From Toensbergia leucococca (taxonomy: Eukaryota), in the NCBI GenBank assembly GCA_022813965.1, contig JALDZS010000144.1:1-62679 (forward strand): 62,679 nucleotides of DNA. Reading direction: 5' to 3'. How positions within the stretch are numbered: the first letter of the stretch is position 1; each line of letters opens with the position of its first letter. A model generated the notes under the pieces. It was not told the DNA's origin. It made no database searches and worked only from the letters and a program-made list of their open reading frames with translations. The position numbers and the translations under genes were made by a program. Below, in pieces: positions 1-12,776 of the stretch.

Positions 1-29
1 CCTCTTGTTTCCTTCGTCTTTCGTCCTGT

Positions 30-1700
30 ATAGTACTCAGTACATAGATCAAGCCTTATCATAGTTCCTAAACCCCTGATACAGCTGTGCTGTTCTTGCC
101 TAAGCCCAGTTCCTAACATTTTTAGTAGTTAATAAGACTTTATACAAGGTCTCTTAGAAGTTCTTTTAACTAGTAAACTTATCTTTTCTTAGAGAATAAT
201 AAGAGAGTTTGTATGCGTTGATTATAGTGATCCCTAGCAAAAGATTGTACAAGGCCTTTTATTCTTTTCTGATAACTCTAGCTGTTAAATTATAGAAACA
301 TAGTTGATCTCCTTGATTTACAGAGCTCATGTGATAATTGTACTCATCAATTATTAAGAAAATAGTTAGCATAGCATGAGGTTTTCTCTGAAATAATAGT
401 CAGAAGATCTTTGCAGAGAATAATATTTTAGAAAGATATTTATAATCTCTAATGGTGTATTGAGATTTATTATGAACAGTAGTTATAAAGTACATCAGGT
501 TATTGTCTTTTTATGCAAATTATAAGATATTCTTCTTGATAACATTCTTTTTGATGATAGCATTAATAACAGTATGACTAAGTAAGCTACTGTAGAGAGT
601 TTCTCATGTAATCTCATTTACTCAGTTTTTCTTGATGCTTTAAAGACTTAAATTTATACCCTCATTGAGCTTAGTAGTACCTGCAGCTTTAAAGTTAAGA
701 TTACACAAGAGAGACAGTAGTTTTATACTTGTAAAGAGATTGTCTAGTCAGACAATGTGCCTCAGATTCTTCTGAATCAGTAAGGATTTTAGCAGATGTA
801 CAATCACCTCAGTCATTTTATTTGTACCTAATTTCTTAGAGACCTTAATTCTTATTAGTTCATGCTTTTTGATGTGTTAGATTTAGCTAAGAAAATAGCC
901 CTGATTTACTAGAACTCAAACCTTGTATCCCTGTGAAATGAGCTTAGAGAGAAGCTTTACTGTGTTCTTAGATCATCTCTAAAATCAAGTCTTACACTCA
1001 TTTACTGCAATGTGATATCCTGCTAGTTATAGACACTTTGACACAGTAAGGAGGTGTGTATTCAGAGGTTTTAGCTGAGAAGAATTAGTATAAGAGAGAG
1101 AGTCAGAAGAAGAAATAGCTAACTTTAACTCAGGTGATCTCAGAATTTTCGGTAGAACTTTTAGAATGTAACACATAAAACTATTTTTGAATTTGCTCAA
1201 AGCGCATAAGTCTTATAACTTTTTATATAAGAGAATAAAGACTGATAGAGATACTTTAGTATACAACTATTAGCTTCTTCAGATGAATTCTCATGTAGAT
1301 CTGTATTCTGATAAAAACATAAATTTTATTATCAGTAACATTTACTCATGATCTAACTTCAGGGTTTTTTGCCTTTCTTATAGACCTTAACCTAGCAGTA
1401 GGTCTCTTTAAACTAATATTTAGATTAGTGTTTATTGTGATAATGCTATACTGTGATGAGGTAAAGAATAGACTGAATAAGGCGCATGCATCAAAAGAAG
1501 AAATGCTCTCTAGATTAATCTTTTTCAGGTGTAAAACCACAGATATAAGGGCAAATGATGATACAGATAATAAAATAGATATCTTGCTTATTAGACTATC
1601 AATTGAAATGGTAGAGGGGGCCATGAATAGGCTGAATCATCTATTCTAGCTGATATTTACATCTATGAAAACTGCCAAGCACCTAGTTTTGACCCTAAAA
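30..1700 (-). mobile_element. Degenerate piggyBac-family (DDE_Tnp_1_7-like) transposon relic with RIP-like mutation
   Basis: Minus-strand translation gives piggyBac transposase motifs broken by stops: GYHIAVNECKT*F*R*SKNTVKLLSKLISQGYKV*VLVNQGYFLS*I*H (~1020-870), HIV*LDNLFTSIK (~760-720), AAGTT (~690-675) and IDEYNYHMSSVNQGDQL (~352-300). The DNA is AT-rich with very few CpG and many TpA, and composition changes abruptly near 1700. Ends are approximate and no TIR was confirmed. Confidence 0.85.
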
Positions 1701-2010
1701 TTAAGCGAAAGCGAGTGACGAACGATGGGATAGGTCATTGGTGGTTGAGCATCGCATGTGTTTAGCGAGACATTTATCTGCGCTTAATGCAGGGACACAT
1801 CTTGCGGATATCAGTGCAGGGATCGAGGGGATCTAGAGCTCACATGCTCGCTTGATACTTGATACAACGTCGGAGAAACTATATTTTGTGTGGATGAGCT
1901 AGGTATGGACACCCCAAATCTCATTCATCTCATTGATATTTCAGCATGGCGTGTGATGTACGGGTAAATGCTGTGATGATTCTGTGACGTCGTCAAGACA
2001 AAGAGCAGCA

Positions 2011-4033
2011 ATGCCGCGAGTGCCATTCATTGGGAGACTATTCTGGCATGTGACTCCCCGCCCTTCATCTCAGTCTCGTGTGATCTACACCAACACGTAG
2101 TTTCTACTGCCTAGAGCTGCTGCATGACCGCATAAAGTGCTGACTGCAATGCCTGGATATAGGCGCGAATATTTAGCTCTATTTGGATCCTTTCTCTTAA
2201 TCTTTCTCGAGGGCTTCATCAGAGTCATCACCCTCGGCTTGCCTCAACCTATTATTCGTTTCTGCTACAATCGGTCCAAGAATGTCTTCAACTCGCTCTC
2301 CCCGTCTCAAGGAAGGCAAATGCGAACAAAAAAGAAATCTATCGTTACCACCATTGCCCAGTCGTCCGACTTTGTGGACCTTTGTGCCATCTACGGCTAC
2401 TATGCAGAGGAGCACATCGTCCAGACTGGGGATGGCTATCTGTTAGGTCTACATCGCCTGGGCTGGAGGAAGGGCGAGGAAGATGTCAGGGTAAATGCCG
2501 GAGAAGGAAGCGTGAAGAAGAGAGTGGTTTATTTACATCACGGATTGTTAATGAATAGCGAGGTTTGGGTGTGCTTGACGGATAAAGAGAGATGCCTGCC
2601 GTTCATGTTAGTCGAGAAGGGCTATGATGTTTGGGTACCTCGGATTATGTACTGCCGCATTGAGCTCAGCAACTGATGATGTAAAGCTAGGAAATAACCG
2701 CGGCAACAAATACTCTAAGAAGTCTACTCATCTAGCACCTACTTCAATAGCCTTCTGGAACTTTTCTATGGATCAATTCGCGTTCCATGACATTCCTGAC
2801 AGCATTGGGTACATCCTCGCGACGACCTCCCAGCCGTCTCTCTCTTATGTCGGATTCTCGCAAGGTACGGCGCAAGCTTTTGCAACATTGTCTATCCACC
2901 CGACATTGAACGATAAGGTGGATGTTTTTATAGCCCTTGCGCCTGCAATGTCGCCCGCGGGTCTACACAACGGCGTCGTCGATGCTTTGATTAAGACTTC
3001 TCCTGAAGTGATCTTTCTTGCCTTCGGCCGCAGGAGTATTCTGAGCTCAGCAACCATGTGGCAAGCGATATTATACCCCCCGATCTTTGTTCGAATTATT
3101 GACATGTCCTTGTCGTTTCTCTTCAACTGGTCCTGCAAGAACATTAGCTCATATCAGAAGCTGGCTGCATATCCTCATCTGTACTCTTTCACGAGTACAA
3201 AGAGCGTAGTACATTGGTTCCAAATCATCAGGAACAAAAGCTTTCAAATGTACGACGACGATGTTCAAGCGCCCCTGAGCCTTGGAGCTACTAATCGATA
3301 CTACAAAGTTGCCAAGTTTCCAACGAGGAACATCAAGACACCCATCGTTTTAGTCTATGGTGGCAGTGACAGTCTTGTGGACATCAAGGTAATGTTAAGA
3401 GAACTCCCTAGGCATACGGTTGCGATCGAGGTGCCTCATTTCGAGCATCTCGACTTCTTATGGGCTCAAGACGTCGATACGTTGGTTTTCCCTCACGTTT
3501 TCGAAGCTTTAGAAACATACGCTGGCAGAGATCACCTCCAAGAGAGGCCCTTCCTCTACAGGTCCATCAAGAATGGACCTCTATCTCTGACTCAGTCACC
3601 GAAATACTCAGAAGGCAAATACCTATCACTGACGATGGGTGGTACGAGCGATGGCGATACCGAGATGAATGGAACGTCGACGACTAAATACGTGGCAGCG
3701 TTGAGAGAACGGTCAGATAAGCGAATGGAGGATACGCCCTCACCGCGTACTATTGTCAATCAAATTGAATCTTCTCCGGAGACGTCAACATCTGAATATA
3801 TTGGGGGATCTATGGATACCCCCACTCCAATGGGATCAAAGCTCGGCGATGTGACATCAAGGAGCAGTGCGAAGAACAAGAGAAGAGGTAGTTTTGCGGG
3901 GGTAAGAAGCATAGACAGTAATACTACACGCACGAAGAGATTTAGTGAAGGGGGAATCAGAGTAGGTGCTGGAAAAGCCACGGTTGGAGGAGTAAACAGC
4001 CCTGCGCAAAGTGGGAGTGAAAGTAACAAGTAG
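2011..4033 (+). CDS. Alpha/beta-hydrolase lipase / steryl ester hydrolase (Tgl1/Yeh-like), 3 exons
   Basis: Exons ~2011-2045, 2163-2634 and 2687-4033. Motifs EEHIVQTGDGYLLGLHRL, LHHGLLMNSEVW, GYDVWLGNNRGNKYS, nucleophile GFSQG and HLDFLWA. N-terminal hydrophobic segment. Intron 1 requires a GC donor. Confidence 0.9.
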
Positions 4034-4878
4034 GATGAATGCCGCTACCCGGGCTTGTCGACTCGAGTGAAGTATAAAGACTAGGGACGAAGGCTTTCTC
4101 AATGCAACATATCAATGAGATAGGTCGATGAATACAATAGTTAGACTTTACCTCAACAATGTTGGAAGTTAGAATAAGCGATGTTGATTGTTTGGCGAAT
4201 AGACTTGCATTTCCTCCTCTTGCTTAGCAAGATAGTTGATGGTTCCAGACCGAAATTATGAGCGTGCTGTAGTGCAGGACACATCCATCAAGCCTGACTT
4301 TTGACCGTAACGCTTCTATCCTCTGCTTAAATGGGCTTCATCAAATTTAGCATCAGTGACAAGACAGGTTACCTACCTAGGTACCTCAGTCTTGTTACAA
4401 GGACACTTTCTTAAGGCAGTGTACGGTACTTACCTTACACAGTTGTCAACACAGTCTCCTGACTCCTGTGTATGTTAGATTTGGTGATGATTCTGAAAGG
4501 AAACATCTGGCTAGAGTACCGATTCGGCCGTGATCACTGTTAAGTTCTCGGATGAGGCATCACTCATCTCATAGCTGCAGTCACAGTAAGCTTTACATTT
4601 CACAATCAAAAGGGCGATATCAAGTCTTCGGTTTTTACGTGAAGACTTGCAATAAGAAAATAGCCCATCCGAGATTGCACTACCTGACAAGCTTCCTGAT
4701 ATCCGTACCAAACATCTTACCACAATGAGGCATCATTTTCACCAATACTAAATTACTCCAATCAGCTTCATTGAATACAAATATTCTGTACGGTTGGATG
4801 AACACCCGGTGCAACCGCCTACCGCTTAACGCTTCAGTAATAATTGAAGGATAGAAAACTTCCAGATACACCTTGACA

Positions 4879-5931
4879 ATGCCTGACACTGATGACCTGC
4901 TCATCTGTACAGCATGCGGAACCCAATACTCCGAGCCGCACTTGACAGCTTGCAGGATATGTGATGTTAGTTCCGGGAAGCTTTCAATTTTCGTCTCCAA
5001 ACATCCAGCATCCCCATGGCAGCACAGTTTGTATAACATGAACGTAGGATCCCAGAGAGTTTGTGCCTCCAGCTGGCCAAACCTTCACCACCCTAGCCGC
5101 CATGAAGTCAGCCCCTTACAGTAACAGATGGGAACGCTTCAAAGACGACTCTCGTATCTGGACCATCTGGACCGAGCCCAAATTCGCTATCGGCCAGCGC
5201 TGTTTCCTCCTCCAAACAAACCATGGCAACATTTTGTGGGATCTAATCGCCTTCCTGGACCAGCGCACTGTAGATTTCATTGAGTCGGTTGGTGGGATTG
5301 CGGCTGTTGTCATCAGTCATCCGCATTATTATACTACTTATGCCGAGTGGGCGAAGAAGTTTCGGTGCCCGGTCTATTTCAGCAAGGAAGAGATGGGGTG
5401 GGTGAATGAAATGGGGATGGAGGGGGTGGAAAGAAGGTTTGTTGATGAGGAAAGAGAAGAAATTGTGATTGGAGGAGTGAAAAGTGGAGTTTGTGCTATC
5501 AAGTGCGGAGGGCATTTTGAAGGGAGTTTGGTGCTGGTGTGGGGAGACAGATTGTTCATTGCCGATACCCTTGTCACAACGCCGGTAACGTCTAATCGTT
5601 GATGGAATTTATGAAACACCCTTGGCAAAAAGCAACGATTCGGCTGATTCGAGTCCAGTCAGGATTATACTACATCGACCGACCCGCAGGAACAACATCC
5701 TACACATTCATGTGGTCAATCCCAAACATGATCCCGCTTTCCCCTGCAGAAATTCAGAAGATCTGGACAGCGCTGAAGCCGATCCACTTCACAAGCACGC
5801 ATGGTGCGTTCCTAGGCATGGATATCAGTGGCCCAGATGTGAAGGGAAGGGTGCTGGAGAGTATGCAGATTCAGACCCGGCGCGAAGGATATGAAGATCA
5901 TGCTTTGCTGCGGGAGACTTGGCAAGGGTGA
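4879..5931 (+). CDS. Metallo-beta-lactamase-fold hydrolase with N-terminal CxxC...CxxC, 3 exons
   Basis: Exons 4879-4965, 5048-5584 and 5659-5931 join in frame through GT-AG introns. Motifs ICTACGTQY..CRICDDPREFVP, ISHPHYY, GGHFEGS, LFIADT and FMWSIPNMIPL. Confidence 0.85.
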
Positions 5932-6497
5932 ATGGGTGATGTTTTCGAGTCTTGCTGCGTAGTGAGGATGCTGGGCTTGAAGTGGAGGATTGGCAACCGA
6001 TTAGGAAATTTCGCTTTTGGTTACGAGGATGGTGAGTCGTTGAGTAATGACCTGTCATTGCTGCTGTTAGACCGAGTGTCCATATGTCTGTTGGAGCTTG
6101 TTACCATTTACGTTTTTGCATTCTTTTTTATTGCTTCTGCTTCAAACATCTTTACATGCACTGACTACATTTGCAACTTCGAAACTAAAACACCAGGGTC
6201 AATGAATTGCATGGAGTGTTTCCAATGCACTGATTGTTTTTAATCAACGCTATTCCATGTGAGTGTATGAGATGTGGGCTTAGCTCCGGGGCATCAGTGT
6301 CATATCCTGTATACAGTCTCAGTGTCAATCCTCATGACATGGTCAGCTCTTCAAGTAATTCTCACATTACATAAGTATAACAGGCTTAATCATGGATTAG
6401 ATGAAGCTGATTAAAGAAATTCGTCTCCTCTAGCCAACAGCAAGGCTGCAACGTGATCGTAACGTTTACAATCACCTTTAGACTAGAGCTTCTACAT

Positions 6498-8969
6498 TCA
6501 CTTCAACAGATCCCTGGTTTCAAAAATGACCCCCTTAATCCGTGGTTCTTTATGTCTTTGCTGAATCTTCCGCAATGCGCCTTCAAGATCATACACCTCC
6601 TTCGCTGCCATTTGAACTTCTTCCCCAAGTCCTAACAATGTCCCCACAGCCACGAGACCGCGGTAGGAAGCCTCTGAATCGGTAGCTTTTGAAACAATAG
6701 CGACGAGGTCGTTCATAAGCACTAAGCCTCGATCTATCGATGACGGGAGGCAGGAATGAGAAGCCGATGTGAAAAGCACTGCATAGTTGACGTACAGAGT
6801 AGTCACAGCTATTATAAGGTTGCGGTTTGATGAGCTAGCTGAGGAGGACCCGGCAAGTGCGTGGATCTTGTCGAAGCTTTGATCCGCCAGATCTCGGCCC
6901 TTTTCAGTTTCGAAAAGATTAGAAAAGGTGCGAACAGCTAGCATAACATTGTTGGGTTGGTCCTTATTTTCAAAGACTCCGCTACTCTCGAGCACATCGA
7001 CAATATTAGCGCCACTTGAGCTTCGATATTCTGCAGTAGCCGGCGTTGCTGCCGCCAGAAGTCGTAACAAGTCCAGGCCGGGAAGCCTCTGTGCAGCTGG
7101 CCATGTTGTCACTATCCCCATTACAAGCTCCACACCATCTGTTATAACCTGACTTGGCTTTGCTGAAGCAGAGAGACTCTGGTCTAAAGCTCTCATTAAC
7201 TTTTGAAGCATTTCTAATTGAGCAGGGTTAAGAGAAAGTTCCTTCGATCCATCGTTGACGAGCTGATGGTTCAATTCTTCAATCTTCTTCTGAACGGTCT
7301 TAAGATTTACTGTCTTGATGGACAGATAGGCTGTTTGCGGTAGAACTTTGGGCCGCGGTGGCATTGATGGTGCCGGTGCAGAACTTGATACGTCGTCGCC
7401 AGGTCTATATCGCGACTCGGTACCCCATGGATCTGGGCCACCAGGCGCAGCTTGTGAAGATGGCCCGAGAGTGGCTCCATGCGTATTAGTGATGATGAAG
7501 TTTGCGACTTGATCCAGGTATGTTGAGGGCAATTCATTCTCCTGTATAAACTTTGTGGCAGCTTCATAAGGGTTTTGCGACAGATTGAACGGAAGTTTCA
7601 GTGGGGGTTTTCCATCTTCAATATCGACATCAAATACATAATCGTATTCTTGGCCGAGGTAATCAATTTTTTTCCCGCTGCTGCCGACAGCATCGACAAC
7701 AGTTCCTACGTTCATCCAGTTCTGCGCTCCCTGAGACCACTGATGCGCGCTAACCGCCCCATTGGCTTCTTTAATCATGACTACTTGTCCCTCCTTGGTT
7801 CCGGATTTTTGTTGCAGGAACTCGGGTCCTGGTAGTTGCTCCTTGTTAACGTCACCGACTTGCTGTTGGGGTATGGAAGATGCCTTGACAGAGTCTTCGA
7901 ACGCCTCAATGACCTGCGGCTCCGCTTGTCGCTCTGGATCCTCGCTGAATATTCGTACTATTCGGTCGCTAGCTCCACTCACAATATCACTATTCTCGGA
8001 ACACGTTGCTACGGTCCATACAGATATGGCAGGATGCGTGATTGTCTGCACGCAATCGGATCCTTTCCATACCCGGACAGTCCGATCTTCCCCAGAGCTG
8101 ACAAGCGCCCCACTTGGAAGACTCGCCAGAGAATAGATGAAGCTATCATGGCCATGAAGCTCGCCAACCTGTCGACCATCAAGCTTCCATAACCGAATGA
8201 TGCTATCATTACCTGCTGAAGCGAAGTCCGCTCCTGAGGAATGGATTTTGGATACTCGGCACAACGCTCGCACAACTTCAGTATTACCTTTCACAATGTT
8301 GAGTAGCCTGCCCGACGGACTAAAAATCCGAATGAGCTTATCGGCACATCCTGCAAAGAACCAGATTAAAGGCAGCTTTTATGGGGAGAGTAGAAAATAT
8401 GAGCCTACCTGTGATTATAGTGTCCTGGTCATACGCCAGGACTGCCCACACGCTTCCATCATGGCCCTCAAGGACGGCGTCGCACTCCCACTTTCCAATC
8501 CTCCAAAGCCTCGCCGATCCGTCCCAGCTGCCGCTAACCACAAAATTACCGCCGATGTGTGCATCTAAGGCACACACGTTGTGACTATGCCCTAAGAGGA
8601 GAGCTTCGGCATTTTCTTCTGGGGCTCTACCCGGCTGTCGAACTTCTATGACGGTATCCTTCCCACCAGATATAATCAAGCCTTCAGGGTAAGCAGAGGA
8701 TGGGGCCAAGTAGGTAACAGCATTAATGAAAGCAGAGCCATGCGATATTATGGAACAGTCATATTTGGGAGGACTTTGCGAAAGCAATTTCCAGAGCCGG
8801 ACTGTTGCATCTCTGGACGTTGAGAGCAGAAAAGAAGAACGAGGAAATACAACGCCACGTACCTGATCTTCAGGTTAGAGGATACTGCTTGCATGAGCTA
8901 GCCAAGGGTTTGTCCACTCACATCGTCTTCATGCTCCTTGAGAGAGGCGGAAAGCTTATAATTGCTCAT
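6498..8969 (-). CDS. DOA1: Ubiquitin homeostasis protein Doa1/Ufd3/PLAA (WD40-PFU-PUL), 3 exons
   Basis: Exons 8969-8922 (MSNYKLSASLKEHEDD), 8862-8409 and 8350-6498. WD40 repeats (GHSHNVCAL, SGSWDGSARLW, GHDSFIYSL), PFU domain YDYVFDVDIEDGKPPLKLPFNLSQNPYEAATKFI, and a C-terminal PUL-like region (WPAAQRLPGLDLLRL). Confidence 0.95.
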
Positions 8970-9635
8970 TCTTAATCGGCAAAATGACAATTTGGCTAAC
9001 GTTTGACTAGGGACAAACCCCTCCAAGCAAGAAAGTCATGCCTTGTTCATGCGGGAGAATACCCGCTGACGACAACGTCTTCACTGAGACACAAGGTTCA
9101 CAGTGTTGTGAAGAGAGAGAATTCAAAATGAAGTCGAGGAGTGTTGTTTAAGATTCATCTACGGCGACCGAGCTACAGATATTCTAAATTACGGCAGACT
9201 TCAGTCCTCAGTATTGAGGTATTTTATTTCGGATCGGCGAAACCAGTGACCTAGCTTTCCCCACATGATGAAGTCTCGACCCTAATAAGGTATCTACGAG
9301 TAGGTACTCGTACTCATACCAGACTTCTCCCTCTTCAATCAAAGTTCAGCTCACCTCTCCAGGCCAGTTGTGCCGCCAGTCATGCACATCTCTTTCATTG
9401 GAATCTACGATAACGACTTAATGATCTTTACTTTACTATCAACACAGTAGCCACCTAAAGCCACCTTACCCACACGTTCGCTACATCTGCACCTATCCTC
9501 AACCACTATTCACTTTCACTTTCACAATCGCTATCTCAGCCTTGAAGCTTGTTCGTTACTCTACTTACCTTCACGCCTCTCATCTTAAAAGCAGTTCGTT
9601 GCTCCACTTACCTTCAGATTTCTCAACTTTCAATA

Positions 9636-10944
9636 ATGGCCGTCGGTGAGTTTCCAATGATTTCTATGCTTCTCGCTTTTTCTTTACTTGGGTACCAGCA
9701 AGCATCTTTTGAAAAGAATCTCCTCGACCACTGAATTTGTAGTGCTGATTACTTCTGATAGACCTTCCCAAGGTGGTTCCTCTAACCTGCCATGGACACT
9801 CCCGACCTGTTACACATCTGAGCTTTTCTTCCGTCGTCGATGACAATCAATATTACCTGATCTCTGCTTGCAAAGGTATTTAAACGCCTGGGGAAAGTAG
9901 CAAAATTTGTTGCTAAGACGATCCTAGATAATAATCCTATGCTCCGAGATGGCGTCACTGGCGACTGGTAAGCAAACTACCTTGGATCTAGAGGATTTCA
10001 AAAATTCACACTTCTCAGGATTGGTACCTTCATTGGCCATAAAGGGGCTGTCTGGCAAGCTCGTTTATCTAGCGACGCGAGTCTCGCAGCAACGGGTTCT
10101 GCCGATTTTTCAGCGTAAGTTCACCGCTCCCCAATTCACTTTCTTCTTTATATCAACAATTTTTCTCTGTAGAAAAGTTTGGGATACTCATACTGGCGAA
10201 TGTCTGCACACGCTTCAACACTCCCACATTGTCCGCGCTATCGCCTTTCCATCCCAACCCCAGCCGCAGGTTGTCGCTACTGGCGGTTTTGAAAAAAAAC
10301 TCCGCATTTTCGATCTCTCCCGCGCTACCAGTAGCGCTAGCAACAGCTCTTCGTCTTCCCCAACCAGCCCTGACGGCATGAATGGTACCACTAATCCAAC
10401 CCCAACTCCGTGTTACGAAATCGGCCCCGGTGTACATACTGGCGCCATCAAATCCATTGTTTGGGGTACTGACCTCAACATCCTTGTCACCGCCTCTGAT
10501 GATAAGAAGATTCGATGGTGGGACCTACGCAACCGTGCTGTCGTGGCCTCTCATGATGTTGAGGGACCAGTTGGTAGCTGCGAACTTAGCTCCCTCTCCG
10601 GTTCCTCGGGCACCTCTCTGTCTGTCGCAGCCGGCAAAACTGCATACTTCTTCTCTAGCACCCAACCCGGCCAGCTACTCAAGACTGTCAAAACGCCTTA
10701 CGAGATCGCGTCAGTGGCGCTGCATGGTGATCGGCGCAAATTTGTTACTGGTGGAAGTGCAGATACCTGGGTCCGGGTGTATGACCTGGACGATGAGAAG
10801 GAGCTTGAAGTTCACAAAGGCCATCACGGGCCAATCTGGAGTGTGAATTTCTCCCCGGATGGCAAGCTGTACGCGACTGGTAGCGAGGACGGAACTATCA
10901 AATTATGGAAGTTTTGCAAAGAACCTTACGGGCTGTGGAGATAG
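9636..10944 (+). CDS. WD40 protein, STRAP/Unrip-like (serine-threonine kinase receptor-associated protein)
   Basis: Multi-exon. ATG at 9636; exon 2 from 9762 reads DLPKVVPLTCHGHSRPVTHLSFS, then [27 protein letters not shown]. The last exon ends GHHGPIWSVNFSPDGKLYATGSEDGTIKLW. These are STRAP-family signatures. Confidence 0.9.
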
Positions 10945-11212
10945 TGGGTGAGTTGATTCAAGGCTGAGGACTTCACTCCGCGCATTCTATTTCCCCTCTT
11001 GATTCTTGAGATACCCAATGTCTGTTGCAATTTCTACTCCGGGCGTGGTTTGGATCTGTCCAATGGAGTTTACTTCACCCAGGATCATACATGTACTTTG
11101 CATAGCACCATGTAGAAAAATAAGTTTGGGATGTGCATTTTAAAAATAGAACATGGGACGCCGTGTAGCCAAAATATCTTGACAGCTATGTCACCACATC
11201 CAAACGACCAGC

Positions 11213-12776
11213 TTATTCAATCATGTCGATGTCCCCGTCATCTATAGTTACTGTCGTAGCATCATCCACCGGGATCGCCTCACCATTGGCTTTGGCCGGG
11301 ACTCCACCATTCACCTCTGTCTTCCCTCTACTCCCCCAATAATCCTCCATTTCTTTGTCCAAATCCTCTTGTGTCTTCCTCGGTCTCCCGTTCCCCGTCT
11401 CCCTCCCCCTTCCTCTCCCACTTCCTCTCCCATCCTCTGCCCTCCTACCCCGTCTGATCGGTGACCTTGTTCGGCTCCTATCCTCAGGCACGTATCTATC
11501 GACTCCCTCTGGTGCAGGCTTCGATGTATCTGTCCTCTTTACTCCTTTCGGGCTTCGACTCCTCCCCCTGGACCCAGCATCCCTTGGCTCCTCGATCCTC
11601 TCAAATAAACTTCGTCCCGGTTTCACTGCTGTATCGAACGGATTGCGAGCGCCTGCTCTGCCCCTTATACCGTCGATAGTACTTCCGTTTGCTTGTGTGA
11701 AAGGCATGAGAGTTAATCGTATGGGTTGCCCATTCGCGTTTGCGCCGTCGAATTCACGTATAGCGAGGCGAGCGTCGGAAATAGAGGTGTAGGTTACGAA
11801 GGCTGTGCCGGAGGAGCGGCCTGCACGATCGAAGCGGAGGGAGAGGGAGGAAATCGGACCGATTCGTGTGAATAAGTCCTAGAGAAATGAAGCTTGCTTA
11901 GCAAAGAAAAGAATCTGTGAAAGGCGGGCAAGCCATACATCTAAATCGTCTTCTGTGAGGTCGTAATGGAGGTTTTCGACACGTATTTTACCACCTGCTG
12001 GGCCTCTGTGGAATGATGTTAGAAGGTATGAGATGAAAAGGTTGGGAATTGTTTGCTGTACTGGTTTAGGATTTCGGGAGAGTAACGATCGTTGCGTAGA
12101 TCTCGAGAATTGCGGGCAGGCCGGCGAGCTTCAAAATTGTCAACCACAGCGACCTATCATAAGACTTTGAGTATTTCACACACTCTGAGGATTGTCTTCG
12201 TATTTGTCGTGAAGCCAATCGCTAAGGTTCACAGATATCAGCTTTGAAGCGATACTTGTTAGGAATAGTAACAGGGGTACCGACGTATCAATGTTCGTAG
12301 AATCTTCTTTGCCGTTCCACTATATCATAACGATAGGAAAGAGGACTAGGTCAGCGCTTTATCAAGTACGTCATGTATAGAACGGTATCGGTGCAGCTTG
12401 GACGCTGCATCCGTCGGCACCTAAGGATGCATCATGCGGTCGAGGACGCGTGTATGGGCGACATGAGAGTAGGAGGGATGAGGTGAGAGAAACCTGACGT
12501 GGTAGAAGAATAAGCGCTGCTCTTATATGCCAGAACGTCGCTCAGCTCAGCCAGGCGAAGAGCTTGATTGAGTTGGAATATTATTAAGGACTGACGTACC
12601 TTTCTTGGACCGTCACGCGGCCAACCATTCTGGCGACGCTGTCTGCCCCCCGGATTGCCTCTCTTCTGCAAATACGTGTCGCTCAGCTTGGGGATTTTTA
12701 GCATGGGGTGAAGGCTGGTCTGTACCTGTCGGTCAGAAATAACCTCATCCAAGCTCCGGTCCATGGCCGACGTCAT
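11213..12776 (-). CDS. ALY/REF (Yra1/Mlo3)-family RRM mRNA-export adaptor-like protein, ~7 exons
   Basis: N-terminal MDRSLDEVI motif, a DWLHDKY micro-exon, RRM KIRVENLHYDLTEDDLDDLFTRIGPI..RFDRAGRSSGTAFVTY..FDGANANGQPI, and C-terminal RPRKTQEDLDKEMEDYW (UAP56-binding-type motif). Small exons join in frame via GT-AG introns. Confidence 0.8.

Noticed and set aside
1346..1649. Short ORFs on both strands
   Set aside because: They lie within the mutated transposon relic and are not independent genes.
4879..5931. Possible recent horizontal transfer of a bacterial-type MBL hydrolase
   Set aside because: It has two spliceosomal introns and ordinary composition; there is no evidence for recent transfer without a phylogeny.
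5932..6243. ORF directly following the hydrolase stop codon in the same frame (possible readthrough)
   Set aside because: The stop context is TGA-ATG, not the TGA-CTA readthrough motif. The extension has no PTS1 and reads like 3' UTR.
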